This document shows, in pieces, positions 48,864 to 56,368 of a DNA stretch of 64,000 nt (within the stretch, counting starts at the first letter, position 1; every line of letters starts with the position of its first letter). Both the position numbers and the translations under genes were made by a program. The notes below the pieces were generated by a model. The model ran no database searches. It was not told the DNA's origin and worked only from the letters and a program-made list of their open reading frames with translations. The DNA is from Verrucomicrobiia bacterium (lineage in GTDB: Bacteria; Verrucomicrobiota; Verrucomicrobiia; Limisphaerales; UBA1319). The stretch lies in contig OY760937.1 in NCBI GenBank assembly GCA_963664225.1, positions 2,240,001 through 2,304,000 on the forward strand, read 5' to 3'.

Positions 48864-50177
48864 ATGGCAACCCCTCTTTTGGAAATCCGAAACGTGTCCC
48901 AGTCCTTCCCCGGCGCTGGTGGCGGGACCGTGGAAATACTCCATGACATCAACCTCGAAATCCGCGAGCACGAAGTTGTGGCAATCCTGGGGCCATCGGG
49001 ATGTGGCAAATCGACGCTGCTGCGCGCCATCATCGGCCTGGAACCTCCCACCTCGGGCCAAATCCTGTTTCGAGGCAAATTGCAGTCCGGACTGAATGCA
49101 TCGACCTCTTTGGTGTTCCAAAACTTTGCGCTGTTCCCGTGGTTGAACGTGCAGCAAAACGTGGCGGTCGGATTGTCGCATCTGCCGCTGGACGACGCCG
49201 GGCGGGAAAAGCGCGTGCGCGAGGTGCTTGGCATGGTGGGCCTTGGCGGTTCCGAGGAAGCATATCCAAGGGAGCTTTCGGGCGGCATGAAGCAGCGCGT
49301 CGGGCTGGCCCGCGCCCTTGCCGTCGAACCGGAGATCCTCTGCATGGATGAACCTTTCAGCGCCCTTGACGTCTTCACCAGCGAGACATTACGCAACGAA
49401 GTCATCGACATCTACACCCGCAAGACCGCTCCGCTAAACAGCATCCTGATGGTGACACACAGCATTAGCGAAGGGGTCTTCATGGCGACGCGACTCGTGG
49501 TGATGGGCGCCCACCCCGGCATCATTCGAGCGGTCCTCGACAACGCGCTGCCCTACCCGCGTGACGAGCATCACCCGGATTTCGTCGCTCTTACCCAAAA
49601 GCTCCACGAACTGATCACGCAGACGGTGTTACCACCCGCACTGGCCCCGGCCACGGTTGAAGGTGTTGGAAAACCACCCATCCAGTCGATTCCAGCCGTC
49701 TCGCTCAGCAGCGCCATCGGTTTGCTCGAAGTTCTTGAAAACGAAGGCAGCCTTGAGTTGTTCGAACTGACGCGCCACGTGGATATCGAGCTGACCCAAC
49801 TCCTCCCCATTGTGAAAGCCGCCGGGACACTGAGCTGGGTCAGGACGACGGGCGGCCGCGTTGAGATGACCGAGGAAGGACGGCAGTTCCTCGCCGCCGA
49901 CGTCACCTCGCGCAAGCATCAGCTCAACACCACACTGAGAGGCCTGTTCGTTTTCGATTTCATCTTAAATGCCCTCAACCAGTCTTCGAACAATCAAATT
50001 AATGAGCAGGTGGTACTGACCGAATTTGCGCGTAAGTTTCCGCACGAACGTCCGCAACGCATCCTCCGAACCGTCGTCGCCTGGGCGCGCTACGCTGAAT
50101 TATTTCAGTACAACAGCACTCGGAAGACGCTGCATGGACTTCACCAAGGTGCGGCCATCTCGAAACCCACGCTGTAG
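48864..50177 (+). CDS. ABC ATP-binding protein (NitT/TauT-type) with C-terminal AAA-associated domain
   Basis: GPSGCGKST, LSGGMKQRV, MDEPFSALD, VTH; C-terminal extension (WARYAELF.Y). Confidence 0.92.
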   Translation: MATPLLEIRNVSQSFPGAGGGTVEILHDINLEIREHEVVAILGPSGCGKSTLLRAIIGLEPPTSGQILFRGKLQSGLNASTSLVFQNFALFPWLNVQQNVAVGLSHLPLDDAGREKRVREVLGMVGLGGSEEAYPRELSGGMKQRVGLARALAVEPEILCMDEPFSALDVFTSETLRNEVIDIYTRKTAPLNSILMVTHSISEGVFMATRLVVMGAHPGIIRAVLDNALPYPRDEHHPDFVALTQKLHELITQTVLPPALAPATVEGVGKPPIQSIPAVSLSSAIGLLEVLENEGSLELFELTRHVDIELTQLLPIVKAAGTLSWVRTTGGRVEMTEEGRQFLAADVTSRKHQLNTTLRGLFVFDFILNALNQSSNNQINEQVVLTEFARKFPHERPQRILRTVVAWARYAELFQYNSTRKTLHGLHQGAAISKPTL

Positions 50178-50209
50178 CGCAGAGATTCCGGGACTCAGGA
50201 TGTTCTCTG

Positions 50210-50226
50210 GTAGGGTTACACCCCAT
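50210..50226 (+). promoter_or_regulatory. Palindromic regulon box 8
   Basis: GTAGGGTTACACCCCAT, then TGGCAG-N17-GAGGTT (weak -10), upstream of the DUF3309/CsbD cluster. Confidence 0.72.
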
Positions 50227-50354
50227 GGCAGTCACGGTATATTCGAACGAGGTTCATGGCATGAAAAGCAGACCATTCGTTGAAAAGTCAGATTAATAAA
50301 TTCGATGGCCATTGGCGGGTGGTCTGCATCCAATCCTTCAATGAAAGAAATGTT

Positions 50355-50510
50355 ATGTTAGGCACTGTTCTGGTTGTTCTACTTGTTTTGATGTTGATCG
50401 GCTCGTTCCCCGCCTGGCCTCACAGCCGGAACTGGGGGTACGGTCCTAGCGGCGGACTGGGCCTTGTTCTGACGATCCTGGTCGTCCTGCTTTTGTTGGG
50501 AAGGATTTGA
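50355..50510 (+). CDS. DUF3309-family small membrane protein
   Basis: P.WPHSRNWGYGPSGGLGLVL signature. Confidence 0.9.
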   Translation: MLGTVLVVLLVLMLIGSFPAWPHSRNWGYGPSGGLGLVLTILVVLLLLGRI

Positions 50511-50613
50511 TCGTCGCTCCATGCCGGGCTTTTGTAGCCTCGCGGGCGAGGAATTGGGCGGAGCGTAACTGAACACTCTGGACGAAGAGAATCTGAAAGC
50601 TTTGGATTTATTT

Positions 50614-50805
50614 ATGATTCAATTGAATTTCACAGACGAAGAGGAAACTCTCTTAAGAGAAGAAGTGAGCAAGCGCCTTGTCGATCTGAACAACGAGATT
50701 GCCCACACGGATACCATGGATTTCAAAGAGATGCTCCAACGCCGTCGCGAGATGTTCCATAAATTGCTCCAAAAACTGCCCGATATCCCGGGAAGCACCC
50801 CATGA
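50614..50805 (+). CDS. Small helical hypothetical protein
   Basis: MIQLNFTDEEETLLRE...L.DL..EIAHTD..DFKE.L; 63 aa. Confidence 0.6.
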   Translation: MIQLNFTDEEETLLREEVSKRLVDLNNEIAHTDTMDFKEMLQRRREMFHKLLQKLPDIPGSTP

Positions 50806-50948
50806 CCATGCAGTGGTATTGGATCCGCGAGGCGACGGATAACGCACTTTTGCGCGGTGCTCAATTTAGTTCCGGGCCGCCTTCGGAGAAACATTTTATT
50901 AAATTTACCGTCAAGTCGGCGGCGAACCAAAGAGAAAGCATAACACAA

Positions 50949-51152
50949 ATGAATAAACTTGAAATCAAAGGTGATTGGAATATCACCAAGGGCAAACTGA
51001 AACAGAAGTGGGCCAAACTCACGGATGACGATCTTCAATGGGCCGAAGGAAAACAGGAAGAATTGGTGGGCCGCATCCAGAAGCGCACCGGCGAGAGCCG
51101 TGAAGCGATCGAAAAAGCCATCAAGGAAACCTCGTCCTGTGGCTGCAAATAG
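50949..51152 (+). CDS. CsbD-family general stress protein
   Basis: IKGDWN..KGKLKQKWAKLTDDDL...EGK.EELVGRIQKRTG. Confidence 0.92.
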   Translation: MNKLEIKGDWNITKGKLKQKWAKLTDDDLQWAEGKQEELVGRIQKRTGESREAIEKAIKETSSCGCK

Positions 51153-51354
51153 GTTGTTGACCGCGCGGGCGAACTGAGAGGCGGCATCCTTGCTGGTTTT
51201 AATGGGTGGAGTCTCGCATGGCTGTCGCCTGCCCCATCCACTGTTAATCGTCCGTCACACCCGGCTGATGAATGATTTGAATGGAATCAGCATTCGGTTT
51301 GGGACATTGATGAGCATTCATCTGCCGAGGCGCGATGGACATTGAGCGTTTACC

Positions 51355-52512
51355 ATGGAGCAGTCCGACATTAATTCCGCAGAGCCATTGACTTCAGAGG
51401 ACATCCTCGCAACATCACAGGCAGAAGGCCCCGGCACATCCCCACTTCCCCAATCAACGGACGATGTGGGGGCGAACAAAACAGCATTATTTCAAAACGT
51501 GCTGATTTTCTTCGGCGCGATTACTTTTCTGTTTTTCGCGCGCCCGGTAATCCTGCCGATTTTCCTGGCGGTTGTGGGGGCAATGACTTTGAAACCATTA
51601 ATCCGTTGGATGTCGGAATTTCATCTCCATCCGGCCATTTCGGCCGCGTTAGTGCTCTGCCTCCTGGTTTCCGCGATTGCAATCGGTTTCCTGCAATTCA
51701 GCCAGCCGGCGATGGCCTGGATGAATGATGCGCCGACCCATATGGTGCAATTGCGACAACGCGTTCAGAAACTATTCCCGCGCGCGGCCCGTTTCAGCCG
51801 GTTGGCAGACGCCGTGAACAACCTGGGCGCGACGGAATCAGAGCAAACCAAGGCAACGACGGTCGAAATCAAAACCAGCCGCGTTCCCACCACGTTTATA
51901 AATTGGACTGGAACATTCCTTGCGGGCGTTGGTGAGACCCTGGTTTTGCTTTATCTTTTGCTCGCATCGGGCGATTTGTTTTTGCAGAAACTAGTCCGAG
52001 TGATGCCAACCTTTGGCGACAAAAAGCGGGCCGTCGAGATCAGCCATGAGGTTCAGCAAAACATTACCAACTATCTGTTTTCTGTCACGCTGATCAATAT
52101 TGGTTTGGGACTTGTCGTCAGTATAGGCCTGTATTTGCTGGGCGTGCCGAACGCCGCCATGTGGGGAATGCTGGTGGCGTGCCTGAATTTTATCCCCTAT
52201 TTTGGTCCCATCGGTGGCATCCTATTGCTGGCGATGGTGGGCCTGCTCACTTTCGACACGCTGTTCAAAGGTCTCCTGCCGCCCTTCTGGTATCTGTTGT
52301 TGCATCTGCTTGAATCCAACTTGATCACCCCGGTATTGCTCGGGCGACGCTTCACGCTCAATCCTGTGGTGATTTTTGTTTCGTTAATCTTTTGGACCTG
52401 GCTGTGGGGTGTGCCGGGCGCCCTGTTGTCAGTGCCGATCCTGGTCTCCATCAAGGTGGTTTGCGATCGGGTGTCCACGTTGTCCTCCGTCAGCGAACTG
52501 CTCAGCAGTTGA
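51355..52512 (+). CDS. AI-2E family transporter
   Basis: Polytopic; LNFIPYFGP, ESNLITP, LNPVVIF, WTWLWGVPGALLSVP. Confidence 0.9.
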   Translation: MEQSDINSAEPLTSEDILATSQAEGPGTSPLPQSTDDVGANKTALFQNVLIFFGAITFLFFARPVILPIFLAVVGAMTLKPLIRWMSEFHLHPAISAALVLCLLVSAIAIGFLQFSQPAMAWMNDAPTHMVQLRQRVQKLFPRAARFSRLADAVNNLGATESEQTKATTVEIKTSRVPTTFINWTGTFLAGVGETLVLLYLLLASGDLFLQKLVRVMPTFGDKKRAVEISHEVQQNITNYLFSVTLINIGLGLVVSIGLYLLGVPNAAMWGMLVACLNFIPYFGPIGGILLLAMVGLLTFDTLFKGLLPPFWYLLLHLLESNLITPVLLGRRFTLNPVVIFVSLIFWTWLWGVPGALLSVPILVSIKVVCDRVSTLSSVSELLSS

Positions 52513-52575
52513 TGCCGATTGCGAGGCATGATGAACCGCGATCAAGACCACGATCTCACTTGAAGAACAACCGGC

Positions 52576-53526
52576 ATGAAGGATCCCTCACACAGAAACA
52601 GCCAGAGGACGATCTCCAGCAAGAGAAACCGAAGACCGCCAGTGGGTCTGAGCCACGGTGCCAGCCTCGTTAGAATTGCCCGCCGTCCATGGTCAATAAC
52701 CTGGCTCACCATCAATAAGTTCATCGGAATCGACGGGGCGCAATGGGCGAGCGCTTTTGCCTTCAACGCCTTTTTCGCTCTGTTTCCCTTGATCGTCCTC
52801 TTTGTCACGATTGCCTCTTCCATGATTGACCGTGATAGGGCGGGAAGAGATGTCATCGCCTTTGTGGAAACCTACGTTCCCATTAACGGCGAGATGCAGC
52901 GTTACATATTCGACACCATCGCCGGGGTCGTCAAGGCTCGCGAGCAAATGGGCGCAGCCGCGTTTCTCATCCTCATCTGGGCCACCCTCCAGGGCTTCAC
53001 CGCGCTGATTTGTGCGATCAACCGCGCCTGGGGTTACGAAGCATACAACTGGTGGCGGCTGCCGCTGAAAAGCCTCCTGCTGCTGGGCATCACGGCGGGT
53101 TCAGTCCTCCTCGGAATGGGAGTGCCGGTGCTGTTGAGAGTGGCCGGGGGCTGGCTTTTTCCCGGCGGTGCATTCCATTCCTGGGTGTATGGCCTCGGAG
53201 GCTTCTTGATCCCGCTCACCGTGATTTTCTCCGGACTGAGTTTGTTTTACACGTCGGCTCCCCGGCGACGCACGACGTTTGCCGAGGTCTGGGTTGGCGC
53301 CCTGTGCGCCACGGTTCTCTTGCGGACGTGCGAAAGCCTGTTCGTAATTTATCTGAAGGACTTCGCAACATTGAACGCGGTCTATGGAGCGTTTGGCGGT
53401 TTTATGGCCTTGCTGCTGTGGATCTATCTTTCGGGCTGCATCTTTATTCTCGGTGGCTGCATGTGCGCCACTCAGGCGGAAATCTCGAGATCGACTGCGG
53501 CAACAGCCACCACGGGAGCAGTCTAA
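52576..53526 (+). CDS. YihY/virulence factor BrkB-family membrane protein
   Basis: A.AFAF..FFALFPL, AINRAW, VYGAFGG.MALLLWIYLS. Confidence 0.88.
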   Translation: MKDPSHRNSQRTISSKRNRRPPVGLSHGASLVRIARRPWSITWLTINKFIGIDGAQWASAFAFNAFFALFPLIVLFVTIASSMIDRDRAGRDVIAFVETYVPINGEMQRYIFDTIAGVVKAREQMGAAAFLILIWATLQGFTALICAINRAWGYEAYNWWRLPLKSLLLLGITAGSVLLGMGVPVLLRVAGGWLFPGGAFHSWVYGLGGFLIPLTVIFSGLSLFYTSAPRRRTTFAEVWVGALCATVLLRTCESLFVIYLKDFATLNAVYGAFGGFMALLLWIYLSGCIFILGGCMCATQAEISRSTAATATTGAV

Positions 53527-53655
53527 CGAACGCAACTTAATTGATCATTCGTTTTGCCTTGCCTTTTGTTGTATAAACAACTTACTCTCAACCCCTTGAG
53601 GGCCCCGAAGTACAGAAAATGTTTTCCACTCGCGCCGGAATAAATGATTCGAACA

Positions 53656-53672
53656 GTAGGGTTACACCCCAT
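53656..53672 (+). promoter_or_regulatory. Palindromic regulon box 9
   Basis: GTAGGGTTACACCCCAT, then TGGCAT-N18-TAGATT, ATG 53708 6 nt later (leaderless). Confidence 0.78.
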
Positions 53673-53707
53673 GGCATTCCCCAGTCCTTTTGATATAGAT
53701 TATTCAC

Positions 53708-54124
53708 ATGAACGAGAAGTATCTCCATCAAGCTGGCAACACCGGTTTCATGCTGTGGGCATCCTTCCTGCTCACTCTAAACGGTTGCGTGCACGAGGTT
53801 AGCAGGCCGCGGCCCGAAAACGTTTATATGCTGCCGCCGACACAGTCAGCCCCGGTCTATCTCGATCAGGATGACTACGTATATTATCCGCGCTATCGAA
53901 TGTACTATGGAAGCCACTCGCAACGCTATTTTTATCAGGATGGCCGTTCCTGGGTGTCACGGTCTGAACCGGGGAGCATATCTGTCCATGTTCTGCAGTC
54001 TTCCCCGTCTGTGCCGCTTGGTTTTCATGATGCCCCACAGGCGCACCACTCGCAAATTATCCGCAAATACCCAAGACGATGGACGCCGCAGGGGGAGAAA
54101 CAAAACCAGCGCCAGAGTCACTAA
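53708..54124 (+). CDS. Putative lipoprotein, Tyr/Pro-rich
   Basis: Lipobox-like LNGC; DDYVYYP.Y..YY, SPSV...FHDAP..HH. Confidence 0.6.
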   Translation: MNEKYLHQAGNTGFMLWASFLLTLNGCVHEVSRPRPENVYMLPPTQSAPVYLDQDDYVYYPRYRMYYGSHSQRYFYQDGRSWVSRSEPGSISVHVLQSSPSVPLGFHDAPQAHHSQIIRKYPRRWTPQGEKQNQRQSH

Positions 54125-54153
54125 ATAGCACGGTTACAAGCCATTCAATTCCC

Positions 54154-54621
54154 ATGTTCACGCCATCGACCACAGTAAAGCCGGTTAATACTTTCAACGA
54201 CCAAACCGAGCCTGTACCCGACCAGACCATGATCGGTCCACCGATCCGCATACTGGTGGTGGAGGACGATTCGCTGGTCCTCGCACTCTATTCCAATGTG
54301 TTGTTACGCTCAGGCTATCAAGTGGACACGGCGGAAGACGGCGACGAGGGTTGGAAAGCGATTGATCTGGCAGCATGCACGGCTGAGAGTTACGACCTCC
54401 TGATCACTGACAACAGCATGCCGAAAGTAACGGGCGTTGAACTCATCGCCAAATTGCGCTCTGAAAATATGAGTTTGCCGGTGATCCTGGCCACGGGGCT
54501 GGCGCCCGGGGATACAGAGGCTCTCCGTCTTTCGGCCATTTTAATCAAGCCCTTTTCAACAACCGAGTTATTGCAAACGGTCCGGGAAGTCCTGCAAGGC
54601 GCCGCCGTTCGCCGGGCATAG
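54154..54621 (+). CDS. Single-domain response regulator (paralog of 26369-26878)
   Basis: ILVVEDD, RSGYQVDTAEDGDEGWKA, LLITDNSMP, LIKPF. Confidence 0.85.
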   Translation: MFTPSTTVKPVNTFNDQTEPVPDQTMIGPPIRILVVEDDSLVLALYSNVLLRSGYQVDTAEDGDEGWKAIDLAACTAESYDLLITDNSMPKVTGVELIAKLRSENMSLPVILATGLAPGDTEALRLSAILIKPFSTTELLQTVREVLQGAAVRRA

Positions 54622-54639
54622 AATCTTGTTTTGTTGTAA

Positions 54640-54720
54640 CAAGACCTCGTCGCTAAAATGGTCAACGACATCGACGGTGTCAACAGAGTTGTCAGCAACA
54701 TGACGTTTGAAGTTGCGTCA
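54640..54720 (+). pseudogene. BON-domain (OsmY-like) C-terminal remnant
   Basis: QDLVAKMVNDIDGVNRVVSNMTFEV matches the end of a BON domain (..A..I.GV..V.N.L.V); in-frame TAA immediately upstream at 54637. Confidence 0.6.
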
Positions 54721-54793
54721 GGGTCGAATAGCTCAGGCCCCCCATCTCTACCGGCAGTTGTGTGGCAGCGCAGCAGCCGGTAGCGTTCCCAAT

Positions 54794-54825
54794 GCTGGCT
54801 GGCGCGTGAAAGCGCGCCAGCCGGC
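54794..54825. terminator. Strong hairpin between convergent transcription units
   Basis: GCTGGCTGGCGCG-TGAAAG-CGCGCCAGCCGGC; no long U-tract. Confidence 0.5.
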
Positions 54826-54964
54826 TCTGCTTCCAAAACAAATCCAATCCAAAACCTCTGCCTTTCGCAAACCAGCGTCTGGTCATCAGATCGCAATAGA
54901 GCATTGGGATCAGCGGCGCTGGCAGGATTGAGCGATTTTCAAGTTCCGAATTTGGAGTCAACCT

Positions 54965-56368
54965 TCAGGACTTCAGGGGCGCCTTCCTCCGCGTCGTGGT
55001 ATTCGCCATTGGAATCTCGGCCCGGATGATCGTCCCCTGCCCCGGCGAGGATTCCACGCTGAATTTTCCACCCACCATCTCCACCCGTTCCCGCATGCCG
55101 ATCAAGCCCAGGTGTTTGTTTTTCGCGCCGTGTAAATAACGCGCCACGTTGAAGGACTTGCCGTTGTCTTTGATCTCCATGCAGGCCATGGCAGATATTT
55201 TTTGAATGCTCACCAACACCCGGCTGGCTTCCGAATGACGGGCAACATTGTTGAGCGCGGACTGAACCACCCGATAGATCACGGTGATTTTGGCGCTGCT
55301 CAATTTTTCCACTTCGGCAATAGTGGTGAAGCGGACGCGGATGTTGGTCTGCTTTGTAAATTCCTTCATGAAGGAATGCAGGGTGGCGATCAGCCCCAGG
55401 TCGTCCAACAGCGTCGGGCGCAGTTCGCGTGCGAATCGATGGACAATGTTGACTGACTTTTCCACCATTTTTTGGGCGCGGGCAATTTTTCTCCTGATGA
55501 CTTCAGGATTAACCATGGTCTCCCGGGACAGGGCTTCCAGATGGACATTGATCCCCACCAGAGTCTGGGCGATGTCATCATGGAGATCGCGGCTGATTTT
55601 CCTGCGTTCCTCCTCCTGGACCTGGAGAACACGACGGGTAAGAAGACGCATTTGCTCCTGCATGCGGCGTGCCTTTTCCAACATCCTGGTTTGATGTTCC
55701 TCGCTTTTCTTAAGCGCTTCTTCCACAACCTGCCGCCGAAGAATTTCCCGATGCAGCTCCTGGTTCCTGACGGCCAGGGCTTCCAGACGGAGTTGCGCCT
55801 CGGCAGCCCGCTTCACAGAGGTAATATCGGCCACCGCCACCCGGCACCATTTCCGCGGATCACTGATCGAGACGGCGGGCACAGCCTGAAGGCTGGCCCA
55901 AATAGGGTCGTCGGCATCGTTCAGAAGAGCCACCTCGCAATTCTGTTTCCCGGTCCCCGCGAAGGTTTTCTGGAGAAAGGCCCGAAACATTGGCTGGGAT
56001 GCGGAGTCCACAAAGCGCTCGAGGCGTCCATGATACAAAAGAGATCGTTCCAAGCCGAGCATGGCGGCTCCCGTCAGGTTCACCTCCAGAATCTGACCCT
56101 CTTCATCCAGGGAAAAATAACCGACCGGGGCAAAATCATAGAGGTCGGTGTACTTCTCCACCAGCGTTTCCATCCGGTCCCTGGCCTCCTGGAGTTCCGT
56201 GTTCTGCATCTCCAGTTCGATATGATGGACCTGCAGTTCGTGAAGCAGACGGCTCGCGTCCGCCTCGGGCTTCTGCGTCCCGACCCGTAGCCGCTGCTGC
56301 TGCAATTGGGCTTCGGCGTTTCGGCGCAAGTCCGTCAGACCGGCTGGCTTCTTCGGCTTCTTAATCAT
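54965..56368 (-). CDS. PAS sensor histidine kinase, HisKA_3 (NarX/UhpB) type
   Basis: QEEERRKISRDLHDDIAQ, ELRPTLLDDLGL, NNVARH, DNG, LGLIGMRERVEMVGG; ATGA-coupled to the upstream kinase. Confidence 0.92.
   Translation of the reverse strand: MIKKPKKPAGLTDLRRNAEAQLQQQRLRVGTQKPEADASRLLHELQVHHIELEMQNTELQEARDRMETLVEKYTDLYDFAPVGYFSLDEEGQILEVNLTGAAMLGLERSLLYHGRLERFVDSASQPMFRAFLQKTFAGTGKQNCEVALLNDADDPIWASLQAVPAVSISDPRKWCRVAVADITSVKRAAEAQLRLEALAVRNQELHREILRRQVVEEALKKSEEHQTRMLEKARRMQEQMRLLTRRVLQVQEEERRKISRDLHDDIAQTLVGINVHLEALSRETMVNPEVIRRKIARAQKMVEKSVNIVHRFARELRPTLLDDLGLIATLHSFMKEFTKQTNIRVRFTTIAEVEKLSSAKITVIYRVVQSALNNVARHSEASRVLVSIQKISAMACMEIKDNGKSFNVARYLHGAKNKHLGLIGMRERVEMVGGKFSVESSPGQGTIIRAEIPMANTTTRRKAPLKS

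Noticed and set aside
23567..53672. The palindromes as CRISPR repeats, REPs or IS ends
   Set aside because: They are dispersed single copies of 17-18 bp at promoter positions, with no spacers, cas genes or transposase.
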